Positions 1 through 7,962 of a stretch of DNA of 32,000 nt are shown here, in pieces. The position numbers and the translations under genes were made by a program. The notes under the pieces are model-generated. The model had not been told where the DNA came from. It made no database searches and was given only the letters and a program-made list of their open reading frames with translations. The stretch's first letter is position 1, and each line of letters starts with the position of its first letter. The stretch comes from Candidatus Korarchaeum cryptofilum OPF8 (GTDB lineage Archaea > Korarchaeota > Korarchaeia > Korarchaeales > Korarchaeaceae): NCBI RefSeq assembly GCF_000019605.1, contig NC_010482.1:1170001-1202000 (forward strand). Reading direction: 5' to 3'.

Positions 1-62
1 TCGTTCAATGGGCTTTACCGGTACGATTCTCGGAAAATTTTGTTAAAAATTTTGAAAATGTC

Positions 63-788
63 TTAGGAGGGTGCTGCTGGTGGATTGAACACGTTATCCT
101 GGACAGAGGAGGAAATCGTCTTCGCTATTGCTTCAATTCTCTTAGTAATGATGTTATTTGTCTTCTCCATGTAGAGGTAATATACGGGGACTCCCTTGTC
201 CGTTATGCATACCTCCCTCAGGACTTCTAGCTCGCCTGAAGTCTCCTTCGCATAGTAACAATAGCCCTTCTGACCAGCGTAGTTCCTGGATCCGTTATAT
301 GAGGGAGAGCCTAGCTTACTTCCTTCACCCACCGGATCCCTCAAGTTCTCCTCGCCCGTGGATTGGATCGCCTCCTCGACTGATCCGCTCTGTAAGCATG
401 ACCAATCCTCCCCAGCGGGCTTTGAGCATACTACGTTTGAATTCCCGGATCTTATAATCGTATATTGGATGTTTTCCATCGAGAGATCTAATCTATATTT
501 ATCCCCCTTAAGATAGACCGAGAGCTCCCCTATCTTACTCATATTGACCTCGAGATCGTAATTCACCGAGAATTCCCTGATCGATAGAAATCTGTCCCCG
601 AAGGAGAAGGGCGCTGCCTGAGTCCCTGTCGTTTGAGTTTGAGATGCCTGCTGTGTCTTTTGAGCTTCAGTGTAAGTTCCCAGGAGGGACGGAGCTACGC
701 CCCTGTACATAACTGTATACGCGGATCCCAGCACTATCAGGACGATTACTATGACTCCCATCAGGAGTAGAGTATCACGATCCATCAT
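63..788 (-). CDS. hypothetical membrane-anchored/secreted protein
   Basis: 241-aa ORF. The N-terminus MMDRDTLLLMGVIVIVLIVLGSAY is a single hydrophobic helix, followed by a Thr/Gln-rich linker and a Cys-containing globular part. No family recognised by eye. Confidence 0.55.
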   Translation of the reverse strand: MMDRDTLLLMGVIVIVLIVLGSAYTVMYRGVAPSLLGTYTEAQKTQQASQTQTTGTQAAPFSFGDRFLSIREFSVNYDLEVNMSKIGELSVYLKGDKYRLDLSMENIQYTIIRSGNSNVVCSKPAGEDWSCLQSGSVEEAIQSTGEENLRDPVGEGSKLGSPSYNGSRNYAGQKGYCYYAKETSGELEVLREVCITDKGVPVYYLYMEKTNNIITKRIEAIAKTISSSVQDNVFNPPAAPS

Positions 789-807
789 AGATCGCCTCTA
801 GCACGGG

Positions 808-820
808 ATAAAAAAAATAT
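808..820 (-). promoter_or_regulatory. oligo-T tract (minus strand): likely terminator of the Rieske/cyt b operon and TATA-like box for the downstream gene
   Basis: A8 run on the plus strand (810-817) is T8 on the minus strand, 43-50 nt after the cyt b stop. The minus-strand ATATTTTTTTTAT is centred about 26 nt upstream of the ATG at 788. Confidence 0.4.
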
Positions 821-859
821 TTCAGTTGATTGGCGAATAGATGATATACTGATTTACCT

Positions 860-2278
860 TCATATTTTTACCTCTTTTTGCCTTGTTATGTAAGGAATAT
901 CTAATGTTATGACTTTAGCTATGAATATTACCCATCCTAAAGCCATTATTGAGATACCGAAGTATATAGCTGCGAGCGAGTAGAGCCCCTGTAGGTGGGA
1001 GTTAACCCCTAGAGCGAGAGAGACTGCTTGTATTATCAGGATAAGCGCTAAGATATACTTAGCTTGATCCAGTATCTGGGGCTTATGCCTCACTCTTCCC
1101 ACTCTAGCTGCCTTCTTAGGCGGAATGGGCTTCGAAGTGTACTTCGCTACCGGCAGCCCTATTATTATGGCCGTAACCAGGCCAACTGCTATAGCGTAGA
1201 TGAGCGGGATCTCCTGACCCGGCGTCAGAGTACCATATATCGTGAACACTATAAATTCTCCCAAGAGTATTGAGCCGTATAGAGTCGCTATCCTCCTGTT
1301 CCTGGGGTGCCTGCTATACGCAGGGTCTATCCATGGCATGAGGACGAGCACCAGTAGCATTATGCCTGGGACGACTGCGAAGGCCAGGAATGGATCTACT
1401 CCTGTTTTTATCCCAGCATAAATCGCCATCAGGTACCACTCAGGCTGGCCAACTGGTAGGGTTTCAGTTGGTAGGAACTTCTGACCGAGTTCCGCCGGGA
1501 ATGCTGCCGATAGTATTATGAGGGCTCCTAAGACTACGAAGATAGCTGAGATCTCAGTCAATAGATGGTTGGGGAAGAATGGAACTGCAGGCTCGGGATC
1601 AGAGCCATCGTAAGGCGGAGAAGCATGATGCTCATGAACCATCAGGAAGTGCAGCAGTGCTAGTAAAGCTATGAGCCCCGCTACGAGTATGTGATAGGCG
1701 AAGTACCTACCTATTATCTCATCGAAAGTGCCTATCCCGTATATGAGGGGAGCTATCCACTTCCCCCCGGGCATGTTGGATACGAGCGTATTCCCTATCC
1801 TTATCGCCTCAGCCGCTATATGATCCATCCTGAGCGAGTAACCCGTCACTCCACCCAATATCGCGAGCAGCCCTGCTAGTATACCAATAACATAAGTCAG
1901 TTCGTGGGGCCTCTTATAAGCCCCCATGAAGTAGACCCTGAGGAAGTGCAGCATCGCGAGGAGTATCATGAGGTTGGCCGCGTAGTTATGAAGGCTCCTT
2001 ATTACGGACCCGTAAGCGACCTCCTCCATTATCCTGACTATACTATCGTAAGCTAAATTACTCTCCCCAAAGACAGGAACGTAGAACATCAGTAGCAGTA
2101 TTCCAGTGATCCCTAGAATCGCGAACATCAGAGTGGTCAGTCCTCCTAGGCTGTAGAGGGGATGCAATGTATGTCTATAGACCTTCAGTTCCGAGAGGCT
2201 CTTCATACCCAATCTATCGATTAACCAATCAACGAACCTCGATATGCAGCTTCTCTCCTCGCAACTCATTTCTTCCAC
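860..2278 (-). CDS. cytochrome b (bc1/b6f-type, with extra C-terminal transmembrane helices)
   Basis: Two His-x13-His heme-ligand pairs (SLHNYAANLMILLAMLH and YHILVAGLIALLALLH). PEWY Qo-site motif (GQPEWY). Polytopic, 472 aa. Overlaps the Rieske gene by 13 nt. Confidence 0.88.
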   Translation of the reverse strand: MEEMSCEERSCISRFVDWLIDRLGMKSLSELKVYRHTLHPLYSLGGLTTLMFAILGITGILLLMFYVPVFGESNLAYDSIVRIMEEVAYGSVIRSLHNYAANLMILLAMLHFLRVYFMGAYKRPHELTYVIGILAGLLAILGGVTGYSLRMDHIAAEAIRIGNTLVSNMPGGKWIAPLIYGIGTFDEIIGRYFAYHILVAGLIALLALLHFLMVHEHHASPPYDGSDPEPAVPFFPNHLLTEISAIFVVLGALIILSAAFPAELGQKFLPTETLPVGQPEWYLMAIYAGIKTGVDPFLAFAVVPGIMLLVLVLMPWIDPAYSRHPRNRRIATLYGSILLGEFIVFTIYGTLTPGQEIPLIYAIAVGLVTAIIIGLPVAKYTSKPIPPKKAARVGRVRHKPQILDQAKYILALILIIQAVSLALGVNSHLQGLYSLAAIYFGISIMALGWVIFIAKVITLDIPYITRQKEVKI

Positions 2279-2778
2279 CCCTCAGCATAGATATCTCCGT
2301 TCTCATCTATCCTTATCTTAACCTCTGGAAGGGGCTTCTTAGGAGGACCGGCAAGCACTTCGCCGGTGACTGGATCGAAGTAACCCGCATGACAGGGGCA
2401 GTATATGTCATCTTTCTTTTCCAAATGGACTATGCATCCTAAGTGAGTGCAAACAGCGCTGAAGGCCTTCAGCTCAGTGCCAGCTTTCTGAACCAGCTCG
2501 GGCCTGAGCCTTATTAAAATAGTTGGATGCTGACCCCTGCTACCATCCGGATTGAGGGGCATCGTGAATTGCATTTGGGAGTCCGGCTCTAAATCATTTA
2601 TGTTAGCTATCTTGAGCGGTAGGGAGCTTGATCCAGCTCCTATCTTCCCAGTGACCACGCGTTCAGAGGAAATATATTGGACTAAGGGAATCCCGAGGGA
2701 TGCAGCAGCTAGAGCTACTGACGTCACGACACTCGCCTTTATGAAATCCCTCCTCGTCATCTCCACCATTCTTATCAC
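2266..2778 (-). CDS. Rieske [2Fe-2S] protein with twin-arginine signal
   Basis: CTHLGC and CPCH cluster-binding boxes. Tat motif MTRRDFIKA near the N-terminus. GTG at 2778, or ATG at 2769 or 2760, could be the start. Confidence 0.9.
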   Translation of the reverse strand: MIRMVEMTRRDFIKASVVTSVALAAASLGIPLVQYISSERVVTGKIGAGSSSLPLKIANINDLEPDSQMQFTMPLNPDGSRGQHPTILIRLRPELVQKAGTELKAFSAVCTHLGCIVHLEKKDDIYCPCHAGYFDPVTGEVLAGPPKKPLPEVKIRIDENGDIYAEGWKK

Positions 2779-2936
2779 CCTTCAGGGAATCCTAAGCTCT
2801 TAGAGTAGCAATAATATATCACTAACCCTATGATGAATACAGCAAATAAACCAACACATATCCAGAGTTGCTCAACCGTTCCTATTTTCGCTTGAAGCAT
2901 CTTGTTCATTATGGAGTAGAGAGGATGCACATTCAT
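2775..2936 (-). CDS. small single-pass membrane protein (53 aa), first gene of the Rieske/cyt b operon (not in the ORF track)
   Basis: Hand translation of the minus strand gives MNVHPLYSIMNKMLQAKIGTVEQLWICVGLFAVFIIGLVIYYCYSKSLGFPEG*. GGGGGAG lies 5-11 nt upstream of the ATG. The stop TGA overlaps the Rieske GTG (GTGA). One 21-residue hydrophobic helix. Confidence 0.45.
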   Translation of the reverse strand: MNVHPLYSIMNKMLQAKIGTVEQLWICVGLFAVFIIGLVIYYCYSKSLGFPEG

Positions 2937-3154
2937 CCCTATCTCCCCCGGGAGGCGGCGTAACTAAAAAATATTAAAATTACTACTCGATTTTAATGAA
3001 ATATCATATATATAAATCTCATCATAAATAAATATTTTATTAAATAAAATGCCTAATTAAAAATAAATTTATAGAAGTAGCGGGCGAAACATTTATCTTA
3101 TTGACTAACCTGAAAATTGATAAATGAATTACCCGTAGATGGGAGGGTAATGCC
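2937..3154. promoter_or_regulatory. AT-rich divergent promoter region between the Rieske/cyt b operon and the sdh operon
   Basis: 218 bp that is visibly the most AT-rich stretch of the window, with several TATA-like boxes on both strands (for example minus-strand ATTTTAATATTTTTTAG at 2964-2980). GGAGG lies 9 nt upstream of the sdhA TTG. Confidence 0.5.
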
Positions 3155-4873
3155 TTGGCGGAGGTAATAGAGAGCGATGTCGTTATTATAGGATCAGGAT
3201 TAGCTGGTTTGAGAGCAGCCATTGAGGCCGCGAGAAGGAGTAACGATAAGTTGAATGTGAGTGTCGTGACGAAAGTTCATGCGATGAGATCTCACTCAGT
3301 AGCTTATGCGGGTGGCACGGGGGCTGTTCTCTATCCGGATGAAGGGGATAGCTTTGATCTCCACGCTTATGATACGGTTAAGGGTGCAGCATGGCTAGCG
3401 GATCAGGATGCAGTGGAGCTTTTCGTGAGGCTCGCACCCCAGGAGATCTACCAATTGGAGCATTGGGGGATGCCCTGGGCTAGAAGGAGCGATGGAAGGA
3501 TCGCTCAGAGGCCCTTCGGTGGACATAGTTTCCCAAGAGCATGCTTCGCAGCCGATAAAACGGGTCTATACGCTATGCACACGCTCTACGATACAGCGCT
3601 CAAATATGATGGTATAAAATTTTACCATGAGTTCTTCGTCACCTCCCTGCTCGTGGAGGACAATGAGTTCAGGGGAGTTACTGCTATTGAATTAAAAAGC
3701 GGGGACTTCTACGTATTTAATGCGAAATCGGGTATCTTAGCAACTGGAGGTGCAGGAAGATTATTCTCATTCACAACTTACTCACACTCCTCTACAGCAG
3801 ATGGGATGAGCATGGCTTACAGGGCTGGGCTTCCGCTGAAGGATATGGAGTTCTTTCAGTTCCACCCAACAGGTCTAGTGCCCTCAGGTATACTCATAAC
3901 AGAAGCGGCGAGAGGAGAGGGAGGCTACCTCATAAACAATAAAGGTGAGAGGTTCATGAGCAGGTATGCGCCGGAGAAGATGGAGCTAGCACCTAGAGAT
4001 GTCGTTTCAAAGGCTGAGATGACAGAGATATTGGAAGGAAGGGGCTTCAAAGGTCCAGGAGGACTAGATTATGTTCTCCTAGATTTGAGGCATTTAGGAG
4101 AGGACAAGATAAATGAGAGGTTACCCGATGTGAGGGAGATAGCCATAGAGTTTGCTGGCGTTGACCCGGTTGAGGAACCGATACCGATCAGGCCAGTAGC
4201 CCACTACTCCATGGGGGGCGTCCATACCGATACCTACGGCGCTACTCCAGTGAGAGGTCTTTGGGCAGCTGGGGAAGTGGCATGCGTCAGTTTGCACGGT
4301 GCAAATAGACTAGGGACGAATTCTTCAACGGATTGTTTAGTTTATGGCATGTTAACTGGTAGAGCGGCAGCTGATTACGCGATGAGCAAGAGCAGAGGCG
4401 AGATCCCGCACAAAAAAGTAGAAGCTGAGGAGAAGAGGATATTCGATGGTATGCTCAAGGGGTCGACTGGGGAGAATCCCTACTTAATAAGGAGGGAGAT
4501 GCAGAAAACGATGAGCGATCATGTTTACGTCTTCAGGAATGAGAATGGGCTTAAGGAGGCTATAAGGAAGCTTAAGGAATTGAAGGAGAGATTTGGGAGC
4601 GGGCACGTTGCTGATAGAGATTCAGAGTACAATACGAACCTCATTCACGTCCTCGAGTTGGATGCCATGCTTGAGATAGCTTATGTAGTCGCTCTTTCAG
4701 CCCTCAACAGGACGGAGACGAGGGGCGCGCATACCAGGTTGGATTACCCGAAGACAGATAATGAGAATTGGCTCAAGCATACTGTGATAAGTAGAGGCGC
4801 TGATGGCGAGCCCATCTTCACTTACCTGCCGGTTAGGATAACGAAGTGGCCTCCTGCTGAGAGGAAGTATTGA
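3155..4873 (+). CDS. sdhA: succinate dehydrogenase/fumarate reductase flavoprotein subunit
   Basis: GSGLAG dinucleotide fold, RSHSVAYAGG (covalent-FAD His context), FHPTG, RGEGG. 572 aa. TTG start preceded by GGAGG. Confidence 0.95.
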   Translation: MAEVIESDVVIIGSGLAGLRAAIEAARRSNDKLNVSVVTKVHAMRSHSVAYAGGTGAVLYPDEGDSFDLHAYDTVKGAAWLADQDAVELFVRLAPQEIYQLEHWGMPWARRSDGRIAQRPFGGHSFPRACFAADKTGLYAMHTLYDTALKYDGIKFYHEFFVTSLLVEDNEFRGVTAIELKSGDFYVFNAKSGILATGGAGRLFSFTTYSHSSTADGMSMAYRAGLPLKDMEFFQFHPTGLVPSGILITEAARGEGGYLINNKGERFMSRYAPEKMELAPRDVVSKAEMTEILEGRGFKGPGGLDYVLLDLRHLGEDKINERLPDVREIAIEFAGVDPVEEPIPIRPVAHYSMGGVHTDTYGATPVRGLWAAGEVACVSLHGANRLGTNSSTDCLVYGMLTGRAAADYAMSKSRGEIPHKKVEAEEKRIFDGMLKGSTGENPYLIRREMQKTMSDHVYVFRNENGLKEAIRKLKELKERFGSGHVADRDSEYNTNLIHVLELDAMLEIAYVVALSALNRTETRGAHTRLDYPKTDNENWLKHTVISRGADGEPIFTYLPVRITKWPPAERKY

Positions 4874-4874
4874 G

Positions 4875-5300
4875 GTGAGGCCTATGAGCGAACTTGAGTA
4901 TTATGCCCAGAATAGGAGGGGTGTATCCGGCTGGTTCAAGGTCAGGGGTTACGTTATCGAGAGGAAGTTATATGCCTTGCACAGGATAACGGGAATCCTC
5001 ATAGTTCTCTTCATCTTACCTCACTTCTACAGCACGGGGTGGCATCCAGGTCTCTGGTGGGATGCCTTATTAGGCGTTATAGTGACTTTTCATGTAGCTA
5101 ATGGTCTCAGGCTCACTTTACTTGAGCTCTTCGGGATCGGCATAGGGAAACCGCTGCTCGTGAAGAAGCCCTTCCAGAGGCCTGTCTCCATAGAGGGTAA
5201 GCAGAGGTACCTCTTAGCTATTTCGATCATAATATTCATAGCTTTGGCACTTATCTGGTCATACTATGCAATTCTCGTGAAGCCCCTGATGGGAGGGTGA
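4875..5300 (+). CDS. sdhC: succinate dehydrogenase membrane anchor subunit (SdhC-like)
   Basis: 141-aa hydrophobic protein with about 3 TM helices and conserved His in the helices. Sits between sdhA and sdhB. The start may be the ATG at 4884. Confidence 0.7.
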   Translation: MRPMSELEYYAQNRRGVSGWFKVRGYVIERKLYALHRITGILIVLFILPHFYSTGWHPGLWWDALLGVIVTFHVANGLRLTLLELFGIGIGKPLLVKKPFQRPVSIEGKQRYLLAISIIIFIALALIWSYYAILVKPLMGG

Positions 5301-5304
5301 TTCC

Positions 5305-5625
5305 ATGAGGGAATCAACGAAGATGCTCCTCCATTATATCACGGCCTTGATAATAATAGTGACCGGGCTCATACACCTACTCGCGAACAACGATCCCAAC
5401 ATAGGGAAGTTGATCACTGCTAACACATACCTTTACCTCGGCAATATGGCTATTTTCCTCGCTGCACTCCTGTATCACACGTTCAATGGTATTAGAGTTA
5501 TCCTCATCGAGCTAGTACCAGATAAATGCTGGACGAAGCTCATAGGATGGGCCATCCTTCTTATAGGAATTGCCACGTATATTGTGGGCTTTCAGGTGCT
5601 TCTAATGGCTTTAGGACTCATATGA
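5305..5625 (+). CDS. sdhD: succinate dehydrogenase membrane anchor subunit (SdhD-like)
   Basis: 106-aa protein with 3 TM helices and His-containing helices. Operon position. Confidence 0.65.
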   Translation: MRESTKMLLHYITALIIIVTGLIHLLANNDPNIGKLITANTYLYLGNMAIFLAALLYHTFNGIRVILIELVPDKCWTKLIGWAILLIGIATYIVGFQVLLMALGLI

Positions 5626-5628
5626 GGG

Positions 5629-6450
5629 GTGAGTGTGATGGAATCATCTATGGACCTTTGGAAGCCCGTTGGAACCGTTAAGATTAGGGTTTACAAGTAT
5701 AATCCGAAGAAGGATTTCGCACCGGGATGGAAGGAGTATGAGATTGAGGTGAGCAGGGGAACCACGATACTCGACGCACTTCTGAGGATCAAGGAAGAGA
5801 TAGATCCCTCTCTGGCGTTCAGATACTCCTGTGGGCAGGCTTTATGCGGCTCATGCGCCATGATGGTTAATGGGAGGCAGATGCTCATCTGCAGGACCAG
5901 GGTCTTGGAAGTGGTGAAGGACGGCAAGGTTGAGCTGAGGCCTCTAGATAACTTCCCGATAATCAGGGACCTGGCCTGCGACTTCAAATCCTTCTTCGAT
6001 AAGCATAGGGCAGTCAAGCCTTGGATAATAAGGAGAGATGTGGAGGAGCTGGAGAATCCAACTGGGGACTATAAGCAGACAATAGAGGAATATGCGAGAT
6101 ACTACCAGTTCACTGACTGCCTGAAGTGCGGAGCATGCTACTCCGCTTGCCCAACTGTCGCGACCGATCACGAGTACTTGGGTCCGCAGGCACTTGCGCA
6201 AGCGTATAGGTACATCGTTGATACAAGGGATGAAGGTTTAGAGGAGAGAATAGCTGTGGTGGACAGTGATCATGGATGCTGGCGCTGCCACTTTGCCACC
6301 TCTTGCTCCGATGTCTGCCCCAAGTACGTTGATCCAGCTCAAGGGATACAGCTCCTCAAGAAGCTGATCATGAGGAGTAAGCTGGGCTTCAAGCCCCATA
6401 AACCCGCTGAAGTATTACCATCGAAGATAGGTGAAGTCAAGAAGAGGTAG
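5629..6450 (+). CDS. sdhB: succinate dehydrogenase iron-sulfur subunit
   Basis: Cx4Cx2Cx11C (SCGQALCGSCAMMVNGRQMLIC), CLKCGACYSACP and CHFATSCSDVCPK cluster motifs. Confidence 0.9.
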   Translation: MSVMESSMDLWKPVGTVKIRVYKYNPKKDFAPGWKEYEIEVSRGTTILDALLRIKEEIDPSLAFRYSCGQALCGSCAMMVNGRQMLICRTRVLEVVKDGKVELRPLDNFPIIRDLACDFKSFFDKHRAVKPWIIRRDVEELENPTGDYKQTIEEYARYYQFTDCLKCGACYSACPTVATDHEYLGPQALAQAYRYIVDTRDEGLEERIAVVDSDHGCWRCHFATSCSDVCPKYVDPAQGIQLLKKLIMRSKLGFKPHKPAEVLPSKIGEVKKR

Positions 6451-6452
6451 CC

Positions 6453-6462
6453 TTTATTTTTT
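6453..6462 (+). terminator. oligo-T tract after sdhB
   Basis: TTTATTTTTT immediately after the sdhB stop codon. Archaeal termination typically occurs at T-runs. Confidence 0.4.
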
Positions 6463-6641
6463 AGTAGTGGGAGTTAACGGGGGAATGAGGGAGGATCAAC
6501 CGCCTGAGCTGCGGCGATGAGGTATTTGCCGAGTCCCGACCCCCTTCCTCGCCTCTTTGAATTTTTCTCTGAGTTATCAGATATATAATCCTTGGAATGA
6601 TTATCTAGAGCATTGAGCAATGTTAATAGCCTATTCGATTC

Positions 6642-6650
6642 ATATTTAAA
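6642..6650 (+). promoter_or_regulatory. TATA box of the desulfoferrodoxin-like/ogg/queT operon
   Basis: ATATTTAAA is centred about 26 nt upstream of the ATG at 6672. This implies a leaderless mRNA and a start at 6672 rather than the GTG at 6663. Confidence 0.45.
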
Positions 6651-6662
6651 GTCAGACTTCCG

Positions 6663-7328
6663 GTGAATCCCATGCGGATACTCAAATGTGAGAGGTGCGG
6701 GAGGGTCGTCGAGGAGCAAGTAGGAGGAAGAGGTCCCGTCATATGCTGCAATGAGGAAATGAGGTTACTAGTCCCTAATGAATCCCCTGAGTTCTTGGAG
6801 GAGCATAGGCCGAGGATCTATCGCGACGATGGAATAATAGTGGAGGTGGGATCCATACCTCATGAAATGGATGAGTCTAGCAGGATATTATGGGTCGAAA
6901 TAGTGAAGAAAGATGGTACCAGGATCAGGAGATATCTGGAGGGAGAGAAGAGGCCTGAAGCCTCCTTCGAGAGGGTCGATGGTGATATTGAGATCAGGAT
7001 CCTATGCAGCAAACATGGCCTCTGGATCTTCGAACATAAAACCGCAAAGCTGGATGTAGTGGAAGCGGTGAGGAAAGCAATTGAGAGATTCAATGAACTG
7101 AGGGGAAGGGAGTCCTTAGCCAGGCTGCTGGAAATATCGGGCGAGTCGATAGTTGTTGAATTTACCGGTAATTTCTGCAGGACCTGCGGATTTTACGACT
7201 ATTTTGAGGACCTCAGACTCCTCATGGAGGATTATAATGTGAGGACTACAATAAAAGTCATTGAGGAGTTTGGAGATGGTTCAATAGTCACTTATTCAAT
7301 AGAGAGTGATGTGGATGGGAGTGGATGA
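6663..7328 (+). CDS. desulfoferrodoxin (2Fe-SOR)-like protein with an extra C-terminal CxxC domain
   Basis: Desulforedoxin-type N-terminus KCERCGRVVEEQVGGRGPVICC. SOR-type core EEHRPRI...VGSIPHEM...LCSKHGLW. About 95 extra residues carry GNFCRTCG. The likely true start is the ATG at 6672. Confidence 0.75.
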   Translation: MNPMRILKCERCGRVVEEQVGGRGPVICCNEEMRLLVPNESPEFLEEHRPRIYRDDGIIVEVGSIPHEMDESSRILWVEIVKKDGTRIRRYLEGEKRPEASFERVDGDIEIRILCSKHGLWIFEHKTAKLDVVEAVRKAIERFNELRGRESLARLLEISGESIVVEFTGNFCRTCGFYDYFEDLRLLMEDYNVRTTIKVIEEFGDGSIVTYSIESDVDGSG

Positions 7329-7944
7329 TTTAGTGAATGATGTGATGCGCTTGAAAGGCAGCAGGGTGAGGGAGATCATAGAGAGAAGAATGAGGGAATT
7401 TGAACGTGAGAGGAGCGATGAGGAACTCTTTAAGGAGTTGGTATTCTGCCTATTAACTGCCAATTTCAGCGCGGAAGGTGGTCTGAGGATCCTAGAATCT
7501 TTAGGCGATGGTATCTTCACACTAAGTGAGGAGGAGCTTGCCGCCAAGTTGGCTGAGTTAGGTCATAGATACCCTAGGAAGAGAGCCGAATTCATCGTTG
7601 AGGCTAGGAAGCTCATCCCAATTCTGAGGGATATAATATCCAGCTTTAGAGATGAGAGGCTCTTGAGGGAATGGTTAGTGAAGAATGTGAAGGGATTGGG
7701 CTATAAGGAGGCGAGCCATTTCCTTAGGAACATCGGGTTCAAGAATGTCTCGATAATAGACTACCATATCCTTGACCTATTGATGAAGTATGGTATACTC
7801 GAGGAAAAGCCCAAAAGCCTGAGCAGGGCCAGATACCTGATGATAGAGTCCATTCTAGAGGAGATCTCGAGGAGGACAGGTATAAACCTGGGGGAACTTG
7901 ATCTATATTTATGGTACATCGAGACGGGAAAGGTTCTTAAGTAG
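7306..7944 (+). CDS. ogg: 8-oxoguanine DNA glycosylase/AP lyase (archaeal OGG2 family)
   Basis: Close match by eye to the Methanocaldococcus-type Ogg: ELVFCLLTANFSAEGG, GHRYPRKRAEFIV, KGLGYKEASHFLRNIG (Lys), IIDYHIL (Asp), LYLWYIETGKVLK. The start is probably a few codons downstream of 7306. Confidence 0.85.
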   Translation: MMWMGVDDLVNDVMRLKGSRVREIIERRMREFERERSDEELFKELVFCLLTANFSAEGGLRILESLGDGIFTLSEEELAAKLAELGHRYPRKRAEFIVEARKLIPILRDIISSFRDERLLREWLVKNVKGLGYKEASHFLRNIGFKNVSIIDYHILDLLMKYGILEEKPKSLSRARYLMIESILEEISRRTGINLGELDLYLWYIETGKVLK

Positions 7945-7962
7945 GGCGAGGAGGCAGTCGAT

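Noticed and set aside
2937-3154. Very AT-rich 218-bp region as a possible replication origin
   Set aside because: I recognised no ORB/mini-ORB-like inverted repeats and there is no orc1/cdc6 gene nearby. Its position between two divergent operons is fully explained by promoter function.
3040-3222. Minus-strand 60-aa ORF in the AT-rich divergent promoter region
   Set aside because: It overlaps the sdhA start, lies in low-complexity AT-rich DNA and has no recognisable features. It is most likely a chance ORF.
6474-6719. Minus-strand 81-aa ORF in the spacer after sdhB
   Set aside because: It overlaps the start of the SOR-like gene by 57 nt and has no SD or TATA in a suitable position. Its Gly/Arg/Pro-rich translation is typical of a GC-rich non-coding stretch. 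The region is treated as possible RNA structure instead.
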